Assembly (NCBI RefSeq): GCF_009914755.1
Contig: NC_060938.1
Strand: one strand, 5' to 3'
From: the human T2T-CHM13v2.0 reference genome, Homo sapiens
Length of the DNA: 64,000 bases
A program made the translations under genes and the position numbers. The stretch's first letter is position 1; each line of letters opens with the position of its first letter. Shown piece after piece: positions 25,591-51,716 of the stretch. A model generated the notes under the pieces. The model was not told the DNA's origin. It saw only the letters and a list, made by a program, of their open reading frames with translations, and did no database searches.

Positions 25591-25883
25591 AGGACATGAT
25601 GTCAAGAAGTATCTGCTTGACCTTTCTAAGAAAAAGGGATTCTTATCTTACTCTGAGCTTTTGATGTTTTGTTTTGTAACATACAAAAAGAATCTGCCAG
25701 AAAAACTTACATGTATCAGATTTTTAAAAATATAAATAGAGAACATTTTGCAAATGCTCAAATGAGCATTCTATCTTTTGGCTTTCAGAGTGATAGAGCT
25801 CCTAACAGGTGTACAGGCCCAAGAGTTGAAGGTGATTGGTTTTCTTTACAGACTCCTTGTTCTCTAGAAGGGCTTTTTACTTG

Positions 25884-25889
25884 AATAAA
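25884..25889 (+). terminator. Proximal poly(A) signal AATAAA
   Basis: Canonical hexamer ~295 nt after the stop, several TGTA (CFIm) motifs upstream, T/GT-rich sequence further downstream. Confidence 0.65.
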
Positions 25890-26768
25890 ACAATGCAACT
25901 TAGCAAACCAATTTATGGCCTTAGAGAAACATTTTTGCATGAGTTCTTACAAACTGTTTGTTATATTTTCTGGAATGATAAGTGAGAATTATTTAGAAAA
26001 GACATGCTCCAAAAAAAAAACAAAACTGATAAAACAGTTTTTCGAAACTTACTTTTAAAAGCATACGTGCTATGACTCTCTCCAGTTTGAATATGCAATT
26101 GTTTTCACAGGCAGGATGTCTGTTTTCTGCCTGTATTTCCCAGTGATTTACTCTAGGGTAAGGTAGTACACATTTGGTTCAGAAATTAATTTTTATTTCT
26201 CCTATATCTTGTTTTATCAAGATTTTGTTGTGGCATTTCAATGTAAATTATAACACCATCATTTGAGTATACATAATTCAAAAGAACTACTTGATGCAGT
26301 ATAGTCTTAAGGGTTCTGCATACATTTTAGAAACATCTTAGCCGTAAGTTAGGTCCTGTGTTAAACTGTTTAGTGCTCTGTTTTTAAGAAAACAAATGTT
26401 GAACCTCACACTTTTATGTGGTGACAGTGTAATTTAATTAAAAGGTGTAAATGGTTTCATCTCTTAGGCTTGCTGTCTCCTAAGGTCACCCAAGCAGTGG
26501 TTGGATTTTATACACATTACTACTAAAATAATACTGAAGTTGGATAAGGTTATCCTTTCTGTATTTGCGTCTTTCTTGTGACTAACCACCCTGATATAGT
26601 ATTAACCACTGTGTTCAAGAGTAAAAACAATATATGCAATTTTCATTGAACTTAAAGAGTGAAAACCATGTAAACTATTGAAACTATTGTAATCCATTAA
26701 TGCTTTTTTAGAATGGCAGACCTTGATGTTTATTTCTCAAATGGTTAAGCCCTCTTCTTTACTCTTAA

Positions 26769-27049
<281 letters not shown>

Positions 27050-27406
27050 TACCCTTAGATTTTTGGAAGGATCGATCTTATTTAACTATGTGTGGAACAA
27101 CCCAGTAATATCAGACTCGAATTACTATTTCATTCTATTTCAAATGCTTATAAAGCTACTATTGTAGATTATAGTGTTAATGCAAAGTTTACAGACTTTT
27201 GATATGGAAAACCAGATAAACAAAACAATGTTACAAAAGGCAAATATAAAGAGTATGTTTTCTTTTTAGTGCTTTGGAAAAATTTCACTTAAACCCTTAT
27301 TACTGTATAGATTAAGCCCTATAATGCTATTTATATTCCAGGGGAACGAAAATCTGAATTTGTTTTATGATTTAAAGCATCTGGTTTGCATATTGTATTG
27401 TAATAC

Positions 27407-28098
<692 letters not shown>

Positions 28099-28619
28099 AA
28101 TACCAATACTGAAAAATTGTTTCTTGCCTCACCTTGTCCTATGAACAGGAATTAAATTTTAAAGTATTGCCTTAAGATGGCTGTGCTAAATAATAATCAT
28201 TGCAAGAGCAATACTTTTACCTGTTTCTAGATGACAATATTACTAAAATTTCTCAAATGAAGACTTTGTTTTAGCTTCAATTACTTCAGAAAATATAAAT
28301 TTTAAAGATGACTATGAGATAAATCATGAACTCAGTGGAATTTTCAGATGAGATGGGGCGCGTTCAGGGTGGTATGACTGTAGACGGAATTTTCAGATCT
28401 TTGTTATTTAGAAGCAAGTATAGGTATAACGTGGACTATCAACTGATATCTGCAAATAATTTGGTTAAAAAGAAATTTGATTGTAGTATTTGTTGCTGTA
28501 GGATTATAAATGTCAAATATCATTGTAAACATTTCTATATTTTTAGAAATATCTTGGGTGGCCTGAAACAGAAGTGAGGAAATCAATTTTTTAAGGTGAG
28601 CCATTTGGCTTTTTTAAAA

Positions 28620-30850
<2,231 letters not shown>

Positions 30851-30859
30851 ATCGATTTC

Positions 30860-31245
<386 letters not shown>

Positions 31246-31816
31246 TAGAGTCTTTTAATGTTAGTGCTGAAAGGGACTAGAGAGCTCATCTAATTCAACC
31301 CACTTATTTTAGTATTGAATGAATGACCCTGTACAAGGAAAGGGATTTGCTTGAGATCCACACAGCTGTTTAAAGGCAGAGTTGGGATTGGAACCAAGTC
31401 TTAGAGAATCCATTGTTGCTTCTACACTGCATTATTGCTTTGGTTCCCTAGTGTACATTCACTTTGCTTAGGAGTGATATGTTCAGTTTATCTTCTCTAA
31501 GAATGGCAGCTGTTATTTAGGACAATGGCATGCTGAGAAATAGATTGATTTCTATTCTATACTGTGTCCAGTAAAGGTCGGGGGAGAAAGAGTAAATCTT
31601 ATCTTCTTCTGTACTTTTCTTTGATTAAGAGTCTAGAGTTTTATCAGAAGATTATTGTCCTTTAAAATATTGATGGACTGATTATCACTTAAAGGGTATA
31701 AACAGTGGGTAGTAATTCAGTGATTGAGAGGTTAATTGCAGGTTTTTTTTTTTTTTTTTTTTCTGGTAACCATAGAATGAATGTAGAATGAATTTGGATT
31801 CAATAATGGGAACTAA

Positions 31817-33990
<2,174 letters not shown>

Positions 33991-34044
33991 TCTCAGTGTG
34001 ACAAATTCCTAACAGCTCAAATACTACTTGTCTTATTTGTTAAC

Positions 34045-35760
34045 TATTTTGAAATAATTTTAAACTTACAGAAAAGTAGAATAGTTCAAAAGATCCTGTA
34101 TATCCTTCCCCTAGATTCTTCTATTGTTAACATCTTGCCATATTTTCCATACCACTCTCTAGCTATGTATTCACATTATTTTTTGAACTGTTTGTTACTA
34201 AGTTGCAATTGTGTTGTCCCATTAGTACTAAATACTTAAGTGTATACTTTTTAAAAACAAGGACACTCCTACATAACCACAGTACTTAAAATCAGGAAAC
34301 CAGCATTGATAAAATTCTACCATTTGATCCACGAACCCCATTCAAATGTTGCCATTTACTCCAAAAATATCCTTACAATAACCCTTTCCTTTTTTGGTCC
34401 ACAGTCCAATCAGGATGAAGCACGCATTTAGTTACATTTTCCCTTTAGTCTTCCTCAATCTGGAGCGGTTCCTTGGTTTTTCCTTTTTTGTGACCTTGAC
34501 ATTTTTGAAGAATGCAGGCCAGGTACTTTGTAGAATGATGTGCACTTTGGGTTTGTCTGATATTTCCTCAAGATTAGATTCAGGTTGTGAATTTTTGGCA
34601 GGAATACCAGAGAGGTGATGCTGTCTTCTTCTCTGCATTGTATCAGGAGGCACATCATGTCAATTTTTTCCATTACTGGTGATGTTAATTTTTAACAGTT
34701 GGTTACGATGTTTTCAAGATTTCTCCACTGTTAGTATTTTCTCCACTTGTATTTGTTTTTTGGTATAAACTTAAAAAGTACAGCATGATGTTTTGGTATA
34801 TGTATCCATAGTGAAATGATTATTACAGGTATTAATTAATGAGGAATTACGTATTTTGTGGGTAGCTATTTTGAGACTCTCAATATCCTATTTCTCAAAA
34901 TTTTACCCTTTACTTTTAGCATCCATTGATGATCCTTGTCTGGATCAGTTATTGCCAAATGGTAGTTTTCTTTTCTTTTCTTTTCTTTTGAGACAGTGTC
35001 TTGCTCTGTTGCCCAGGCTACAGTGCAGTGATGAGATCATAGCCCACTGCAGCCTCAAACTCCTGGGCTCATGCCATTCTCCCCTCAGCTTTTGGAGTTA
35101 GCTGGGACTACAGGCATGCATCACCACACCCAGATTATTTTTAAAGTTTTTGTAGAAACGGGGTCTCTTCTTCCCCATTTATTCAATATTTATATCAGTA
35201 TAGAACATGGGTCCCTGTTTTATCATCTGTAAGTTATGATTTATTTTGATGCCCCCATTGTCCAAGATTTGACTAGCGAGAGCACTTTCCAGCTAGCTCC
35301 TGTGTCCTTTGGACATACCCCATGGTTCATTGAGCACTTCCTTGCTTTCTGGCACCACAAGATGTTCCAGGCTCGTCTTCTATTTTCCCTACCCCGCTCC
35401 TGACATCAGCCATTTCTCCAAAGAGTCCTGGTTCATATTAGTGGAGAATGGTATTTAAAACCAAGATCCGGATGCTAAAGGCTGTGCTCATTGCCCCTGT
35501 GCTAGCATTGCCACTGTGCGTTCTCCCAGTGGACAAATTTGGAAATATATGCGTCTATGCTTGTTACCTCATCCATCCATATATATATTAAAAACAAGTA
35601 CACACTGATACCTATTTCACATCTACTCCACAGAGTTTATTCTAGTCTTCTCCCTTTCCACAATTGTATCTTCTCCACCCTATATTTAAAAACTGGACTT
35701 CCAGAGTCTCCAATACATTGGCTTATTTGTTCATTTTCCCTGTGATTAACCAACCTCCTG
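34045..35760 (-). mobile_element. Old L1M (L1MC/ME-like) 3' fragments with a partial Alu (34968-35167)
   Basis: TTTTGAAATAATTTTAAACTTACAGAAAAGT start; CAGCCATTTCTCCAAAGAGTCCTGGTTC...GGAGAATGGTATTTA motifs. Confidence 0.75.
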
Positions 35761-35969
35761 ACCACGTGGCTGGCTCCTTTGCTCCATCTCTGCCCCTCAC
35801 CCCCTACCGTACATCACTGCTGTGAGGACCAAGTTTCCTCCCTTTCCTCGATCCATGACAGCACCTGCCAGTTGAACCCCACAGTGGGAATTTTAAAGAA
35901 GGCACTTTTGGCTCAGATGGCAGTGCCAAAGCAGGCATTCCAGTTCACATGGTGCTCTAGCAATTGTGG

Positions 35970-35975
35970 AATAAA
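35970..35975 (+). terminator. Distal poly(A) signal AATAAA
   Basis: Canonical hexamer followed at 36001-36040 by TGTGTATAGTCTTTGGGTTTTTGTCTTGCTTATTTTGTT (CstF-type GU/U-rich element). Confidence 0.65.
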
Positions 35976-36994
35976 CAGATTCTGAAGGTCTGTCCTGGAC
36001 TGTGTATAGTCTTTGGGTTTTTGTCTTGCTTATTTTGTTAAAATGTTTTCCTGATGACTTTCTATTCTATAGTAAAGCCTTATACATAATGTTCAAGCAG
36101 GCGTCAGACAAAATAATGATCATTGTGGAGAGGAGTTAGGAAGGAAAAGATGAAAAGGAAGAAGGCGTAAACCCAATATTGAGAGGAGAAATGGGTACGG
36201 CAGGAGTAGCCGTCTGAATCCGAAATGCTGTCTGAGCCAGGACACATTCACAGTTAGAGATCTTAAGTAATGTGTTAATATTATTTTATAACTGTCCTTG
36301 CAAAAACAAAACAAAACTGCCTGTCAGTTCATTTGGATCATCCACCCACTTAAGTTTTAGGAGTGTCAGGACCAAGTTAGCTGTATTGAGTGCTGAGGTG
36401 TTCTTTTATTAAACAGTCAGCTATTCAATCTTAATAATTTGTAGTGGGAGGAATAATATGCCCCTGGACAAATAATTCCTTGGAAAGCTCAGGTTGGAGT
36501 CCAGTTACGTAACAACTGTGGGCAACCTGCATAATAATCATTCGAACTTATCTCTACCTGTGGGAAAATGGAGTCTTTGGCCATAATTATTTCCATTTCA
36601 GAGATTTGGTTCACCTAATGGGAATAATTGCTCAAGTGCCCTTTTTCTAAAAAATAACTGAGCACTTAGCAGTAGTAGGTGTCACGGAGTATTTTCTACC
36701 TACCAAATGCTGTGGTAAGCACTTCACATGCATTGTCTTATTTAATCATGACAGTTGTGGGCAGTTTGGGTACTGTTATTTCCACTTACAGATGAGGAAA
36801 CTGAGGCTTATAGTCGTTGGTAGTCCTCCACTTCTCACACATGATACGCATTACAGTGTGTAGTGGTTTTGACATATCAGTTCTTCAGTTTTGAGCAAAA
36901 GAAACGATCTCTAGCTAACTTAGGAAAAAAGGGTTTATTGGGACAGTAACCACAGGTAGCTCTTTGGATCCAGGCAGCAGGCCCAATAGTCTTT

Positions 36995-37144
36995 TCTTTG
37001 AGACACAGTCTCACTCTCTTGTCCAGGCGGGAATGCAGTGGCACAAACATGGCTCACTGCAGCCTCAACCTCCTGGACTCAAGTGATCCTCTCACCTTAG
37101 CCTGTCGAGTAGCTGGGACTACAAGCATGTACCACCATGCTCAG

Positions 37145-37195
<51 letters not shown>

Positions 37196-37306
37196 GTATA
37201 TATATATGTATATATATATATACGTATATATATATATGTATATATATATACGTATATATATACGTGTATATATATATATATACATATGTATATATATATA
37301 TGTGTA

Positions 37307-37340
<34 letters not shown>

Positions 37341-37715
37341 TTTGAGATAGAGTCTCACTCTGTTGCCCAGGCCGGAGTGCAGTGGCACCAATCTTGGCGC
37401 ACTGCAACTCCCGCCTCCTGGGTTCAAGCGATTCTTCTGCCTCAGCCTCCCGAGTAGCTGGGACTACAAGTGTGCACCACCATGCCCTGCTAATTTTTGT
37501 ATTTTTAGTATTTTAGTAGAGATGGGGTTTCGCCATGTTGGCCAGACTGGTCTTGAACTCCTGACCTCAGTTGATCCACTGTGCCTGGCCTAATTGTATT
37601 TTTTGTAGAGACTGAGTCTCACCATGTGGCCCAGTTGGTCTCACACTCCTGGGCTGAGTGATCCTGCTGCCTCGGCCTCTCAGTGTGCTGGGTTACTGGT
37701 GTGAGCCACTGGGGC
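36995..37715 (-). mobile_element. AluJ split by a younger antisense Alu (37324-37590) and a TA microsatellite
   Basis: Right arm ~36995-37148 and left arm ~37591-37715 flank the inner Alu. Confidence 0.8.
37149..37323. repeat. Interrupted (TA)n/(TATG)n/(TACG) microsatellite, ~175 bp
   Basis: Read directly from the sequence. Confidence 0.97.
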
Positions 37716-38472
37716 CTCCCCCAGTAGGCTTTCAAGGCATTCCTGAGGGAATGAATCAGGTCCCTCCATGTATAATGTCACGAGGGAAATCCAGCCTGGC
37801 TTTTGTCATGGCTAGAGAGATGAACATCCTGATTGTTAGTCTTACCAGGATTAGACACAGATAGGGGGACTCTAAGAATTTAAGGATCTATTACCAAAAG
37901 GTGGAAGAATGGATGCTGGGAGGCAAAAAATAAATACTAACTCTGTAGATGTAGTCCTAAGAGTGCAGGCTCTGGAGTCAGGGGCTTCAAATGCCAGGGC
38001 CACCACTTTCTGTGTGGATCAGGCCAGTCACTTTATATCTTAGCATGTCGAATATATGGGGATGGTCATCATAGCACTTCCTAGGGTCATGTGAGGACTA
38101 AATGATGTGAACCGTGCAAAGTAGTAGAGTGTGGCACACAGCACCTTAATATATGTTAACAATTATTAATTGCCTCATTCTGTCTTTAGTACATCTCCTA
38201 AGGCTAGGTATCATCTCCATTTTTGCAATTTAAAGAAGCTTGCTCTTGGGGCAGGGGGTCCAAGTGGCTTTTTCAGTCACACAGCTGACTACTGGTGAAT
38301 CAGTACCTTTACCATGCTATGTTACCTACCAATAAGTGCTCTAGTATTTATCCTTTTAGCTTATAGATAAGAATCCTTTAAGATAACTTCCAATGTATTA
38401 TAATTTCCTCTAGATAACAGTGCAATTTATACCATATGACCTAATAGAGGTCTAACACATTTTTATCTTTAG

Positions 38473-38719
<247 letters not shown>

Positions 38720-39049
38720 TGATCCACCTGCCTCAGCCTCCCAAACTGCTGGGATTACAGGTGTGAGCCAACATGCCTGGCCCTAAGACAATTTAAATAC
38801 AGCAAACTTTCTGGTTTGGTCAATGTGGTAATGCATGAATCTAGAGATACTGAATCTTATCTTTACTGCTGATTTTATGCTATTTCCCATAGAATAGCAG
38901 AAAACAAGTATCCCTTAGTCAAAAATAAGAAAATCCACAGGCTGTATGAGAATCTTATAACATGTTTATCCAGGAATGCTTATATGTTGGTTCCAAAGAG
39001 TCATTGAACAATTTCTCATAAAATCTTTGGATAAGAGGGAGAGATGAGG

Positions 39050-39330
39050 GTTGCGTAGGGATTTAATGAAGTGGGTGTCTAACCCTTCCAAAGCTGTTTT
39101 CAAAGGTTGCTCATTGATGGATCTATGCTGGTGTGAAATCACAGTTTCTGTCCTCATTTTACCTTATGTGACATTTTAATAAATTTCTGATTTGAGGATA
39201 TTGGTGGCAGGTTAAGAAAATTTGCAAATGACCTGCCACTGGAAGAAGTAGCTCTTGTATGAGAAGACAAAGTTGGTACCAAAAGGGATCCTGACAAATT
39301 TGGACAATGGGCTAAACCTAATAAAATGAA
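39050..39330 (+). mobile_element. CR1/L3 LINE reverse-transcriptase fossil
   Basis: Frame from 39218 reads KFANDLPLEEVALV*EDKVGTKRDPDKFGQWAKPNKMK, collinear with the CR1 pattern KFADDTKLGG...QxDLDRLExWAxxNxMKFN. Confidence 0.75.
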
Positions 39331-40040
39331 ATGTCACCTGTCTTTCTAAACCAATCGTACAAAATAATGGAGAGATAAAGTCTAGAATTTTAGGTTTTAC
39401 AAAAAAGGTTTTGTTGGACTATAAGCTGACTATAAAGATAGCAGCCGAAAAAGGTAAAGGACTTAGGGCCACATTACTAAGAAACGAACAGACTCTGTAA
39501 TTGCTAATACACTGTTTAAAATAAAGGTCGTGGTGGTGCTGCTTCATTCTACTGATAAGAAAGACCCTGAATAAAGCCCTTCCTTCAGGAAACACTCTTC
39601 CTTTATTTTACTTTCCACTCTAACGAGTAGTAAATGCACATTATGGAAAATTTAGAAGGCATAGAAAAACAAACAGGAAAGTGCCACTAAATGTAGTACT
39701 TTTATCATTTTGTTGTATCTCCATCTTTTGTTCTGCGAAATGTTTATATAATATGTATATAATTTTGTATCATGTCTTTAAAAAAATCTTCCATGTTTAT
39801 AAACATTTTTTGTCTTTAAAGCATCTTTTAATGGCTGCAAATACTCCATCATGTGGCTATATCGTTATTTATTCAGTTCTCTTCAATTTTTGGATGGTTT
39901 CCAATTTTTTCTCTGTAATCTGAAATGCAGACATTTGTGAATAAAATTATGCTTCATGGTGTATACTAGCAAATCATTGCAAATAGGGTAAATCCCACTT
40001 CTTTTTCTTTTTCTTTTTTCTTTTTTTTTTTTTGAGATAG

Positions 40041-40340
<300 letters not shown>

Positions 40341-42527
40341 TAGGAACATTAATAACGGACTTAGGCCCAGAGGGGAGAAACTAGCTTGTTGAAGGACCTG
40401 GAAACAATAACAAATAGGAAGTAAGGGTATTTGATTTAGGTTGGAGTAGGCAGTAGGGTTCATTTTTGGAAGAGAGAGAACCTTATGAAGGAATGAGCTC
40501 AGGGTCACTAAAAGCATCCACGAAGCTGATCAGGTAAATTGCAGCATTCCTTCATGCCCAGTCATGCCCTGGCGTTGTGTGTTCTACATGTAGTAAACTC
40601 TCTTTCTTTGGGAAAGAGGAGGTAAGTCTTCAACATTTACCAACTAAATGAGAGCATCAGTAGTCTACCACCGTCATCCCCAAATACATCACTGCTTGAA
40701 GAATTTGCTTCCTGTGCCAGCATCTTATATGTTAATTATCTCCATTTGCCTTTCCTCCTCCTATTTTTTAAAGAAGGTTTCTTTCTCTCTCTCATAAAAC
40801 TTATGAGACCATATTAGACCCTGATCAGCCGGGGAAAGACAGAACAAGGTTTTAAAAGATTTGTTAGAACTGTCACTTTCCTCATTACCTTATTGCTAAT
40901 TATTATTACTATTTTTTGAGAGAGCATTTCGCTCTTGTCACCCAGGCTGGAAGGCAACAGCACTATCTTGGCTCACTGCAACCTCCGCCTCCCGAGTTCA
41001 AGCTATTCTCCTATCTCAGCCTCCTGAGTAGTTGGGATTATAGGTGTCTGCCATGATGCCCAGCTAATTTTTGTGTTTTCAGTAGAGACGGGGTTTTGCC
41101 ATGTTGGCCAGGCTGGTCTCAAACTCCTGACCTCAGGTGATCTGACTGCCTCAGGCTCCCAAAGTGCTGGGATAACAGGTGTGAGCCACCGCACCCAGCC
41201 CTAATTATTATTTAATATGTTTCACAATGGGAACAAGCAGGGCTGTTGTGGAACTATCCAAAACTCACCCATAGGCTTTAGCCTCAAGCAGACATCCCAA
41301 GAAATGCCAGTGCTCACGTTTTGGGTGAATTCTTCATTCTATAACTTAGGTTTCCTTGGATGTGAGGCCAGTGTCAGCTTAGTTAGCTCTGGAGTGCTCT
41401 CAAAGGATTAACTTCTACTGGCAATTCCATGGAAATCAAAGGACAGCAAATGCATTGTAAGCCATGTGATAGGGCACGTTATACACTCTTTAATACGCTA
41501 GGCCCAGTGTTTCCATTTAGTTGCTGGCCTAGACTGAAGAGCACTATTACTGAGCACTTACTATGCATCATATACTTACCATCCATTACTTTGGTTTAAT
41601 CCTTTGCTAGTAGCCCATGCCAGATCTAACCAGTTATCCCCACTATACAGATGAGTAAGTGAAGACCCAGAGAGGCTGAGCATTTCTCTGGGTATCAATC
41701 ACTAGTAAATAAGAGCCATAGCCAGGATATGGATTCGAATATTTGTGTATTCCAAAGTTCACACTCTTGGGCTATGATAGTTAAGGTTTTCAAGGGAGTA
41801 ACTACAATTGTAGACCTAATGTGGCAATAAATAGGCATTCAAAAAAGAGGAATCATTTGCATAGATTGAAAGGAGACTCATAAAACAAGACGAGTGTATT
41901 TCCTATACTTCTGAAAAGGAAACCTCCATGCTTCTCTGGTCGTTGGATTGAGAATTCAGGATCTTTTTATGTCTAGGGCTTTGACTTGCTTTTCCTCACC
42001 ACCCTTTCAAAATAGAAACAATGGTCACCTTAGTTAAAGCTGGGGTTTAATCCAGAATTGCATGGTGTTTTCTTTGTTCTAAATGCTTTCACAGCGTGAT
42101 GCTGCTCTACCTGTCCCGCTTCTGGAGCATTTTTCTATTGCTGTTAGAGCTACTCCAGACAGATGTAACATTTTGAGATCTCTGCCTTTGAAATAAAGTA
42201 GGGAAAGGACTAGTGCCAAATGCGAATTCAGAAACCAAGGAAACTTCCAGACTCAGCAAGGGGAGATGTACAAAACAATTAGTAGTGGGGTATTTGGAGT
42301 TGCTAACCTCAGCGTCCATTCTAATTCCCTTTCTGACTGTGAAGGCGTCAAAATAGCTAAGGAAGATAGGAAACCTAACATTTGGGCTTATTATATGGCA
42401 GATGCAGGGCTAGGCACATTATTACGGCATTGTTTGCAATAGCAAGCCCAACTACATTCATAAATAGGGGAGTAGTTGAGCTGATAATGTATATCTATAT
42501 GCAGGATATCTAACACATTAAAAATAA

Positions 42528-42843
<316 letters not shown>

Positions 42844-42995
42844 TGACAGAGTAATATATTTTCTAAAGATGTGTGTGAGGCTGGGTGCAGTGGCTCATAT
42901 TTGTAATCCCAAAACTTTGGGAGGCCCAGGTGGGAGGGTCACTTGAGGACAGGAATTCAATACCAGCCTGAGCAACAAAGTGAGATGCCCATCTC

Positions 42996-43213
42996 AGAAA
43001 GAAAGAGAGAAAGGGAGAAAGGAAGGAAAGAAGGAAGGAAGGAAAGGAAGGAAGGGGAGGAGGGAAGGAAGGAAGGGGAGGAGGGAAGGAAGGAAGGGGA
43101 GGAGGGAAGGAAGGAAGGGGAGGAGGGAAGGAAAGAAGGAAGGGGAGGAGGGAAGGAAGGAAGGAAGGAAGGAAGGAAAGGGAAGCAAGGAAGGAAGAAA
43201 GAAAGGGAAAGAA
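42996..43213 (+). repeat. Homopurine (GAAG)n / 21-bp GAAGGAAGGAAGGGGAGGAGG repeat grown from an Alu-monomer tail
   Basis: 218 bp with a single pyrimidine; follows the Alu left arm at ~42879-42995. Confidence 0.95.
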
Positions 43214-43876
43214 CCTATATATTTAAATGGCTGAGGAAAGATTCTAACCCAGGTCTGCATTAAAGATGAAAATTTTCCACATGTTCAATGAATTTTACTA
43301 ATTCTTTTTCCTCAATGAGTACCTAAAGCTGAAAGAAAATGATATGGATGTCACATGAAAATCCTTACCTCCTCTGTCCTCAGTGCCAGTATACAATGGA
43401 GCTGAAGAGAGGCAGTAGAGGAGGTGATGGAGAAAGAGGGGAGGAAGAAGAATGAGCAGGAGGCAGAGGAGACTGCCTGGAGGCATTTCCCCAGGGTCCC
43501 CCACTGCCTAGCCTTGCATGAAGTGGACCCCTGTCTCTGAGGACATCGCAATGTAGTCCAATCTATGCCCCTCTCATTTCCAATACATGATTCATTGCAT
43601 TTTTAAAAGTCTGGACAAGTTCTGATATTAAATACGGTTTTATGTGAGATGATTTAAGAACATGTACACTTTCTTTGGCACCAGTATGTAGGGTCTTGTA
43701 GGCCTTGGCTATCCAAAATGAATGGCAGTCATGGTGAGTGAGAACAGATGAGTACTTGGTGTAGAAAGAACACTGACTAGAGATTTGGAAGGCTTGATGC
43801 TCCCACTTTCTATGGGATCAAATCTCTGCCGTCTCTGACTCATGGTTTATTTATCTGTAAAATGGACCTTGGGTGA

Positions 43877-44235
43877 TGATATGGTTTGGCTGTGTCCCCA
43901 ACCAAATCTCATATTGAATTGTAGTTCCCATAACCCCCATGTGTTGTGGGAGGTAATTGAATCATGGGGCTGGTTACCTCCATGCTGTTCTCGTGATAGG
44001 AAGTGAGTTCTCATGGGATCTGATGGTTTTATAAGCATCTGGCATTTCACCTGCTGGCACTTCTCTCTCCTGCCACCTTGTGAAGAAGGATGTGCTTGCT
44101 TCCCCATCTGCCATGATTGTAAGTTTCCTGAGGCCTCCCCAGCCCTGTGGAACTGTGAGTCAATTAAACCTCTTTTCTTTATAAATTACCCAGTCTCAGG
44201 TATTGCTTCATGGCAGGTGAAAATGGACTAATACA
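43877..44235 (+). mobile_element. THE1 (THE1D-like) solo LTR
   Basis: TGATATGGTTTGGCTGTGTCCCC...GGACTAATACA; TSD GGTGA/GGTGG. Confidence 0.92.
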
Positions 44236-44793
44236 GGTGGGGTTAAACTGGATAATTTATGAGATCTTTTTCTACCTTATGATTCTGTCATCTAAGACAA
44301 ATATATTGTGCTGCTTAGGGCATGCCAAAAATAGATAGGGCACGTATTTTTTAGATCCAAGACACTGGGGAATAGGTAATAAAAGTGAAACCTGGTAAAA
44401 GAGTGCCTTTCTGGGTCTCCACAGCTGTCATCCTCCACACGGCCCTCCCCTTCCTCATTACCATCATAATTTACTGAGTAGAAAACAAATACTACATTAA
44501 TTCAGCCCACTGTTCTCAGCAAAGAAGAAAGCTGTGTACATAATTTTAACACTTACAAAGAACATTCCTTTGTTGGATGGATTTACTATAGATCTCCTCA
44601 AACCTGAACAGGGGAAAATCTTGTACAAATGGCTGTCCCCTGGAGGTATTTTCATATTGAAACCATATTCTCTTCATAATACATTGGTTTTATTGGTAGT
44701 TTTCAATGGTGGTAAACCTAAAGCTTTCAGCCTGATCTTAAGAAGGGTAATTAGTTGGAGTTACTAAAAATGCACCATCCTACAGATTTTTGA

Positions 44794-50549
<5,756 letters not shown>

Positions 50550-50625
50550 TGAAGATTCTCCTCAAATGGATTTCCCGTGGCTGTTTCTGGTTTTTGTTTG
50601 TTTGTTTTGTTTTATATTGAGATAG

Positions 50626-51716
<1,091 letters not shown>

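Noticed and set aside
36998-37457. IYIY-rich ORFs; likewise the EGRK/PFLPS ORFs at 42943-43263
   Set aside because: Translations of the TA and GA simple repeats.
43300-43540. Purine-rich, coding-looking stretch (also 45200-45420) as a possible pseudogene
   Set aside because: Stops in the plausible frames and no protein I can recognise; would need tblastx to revive.
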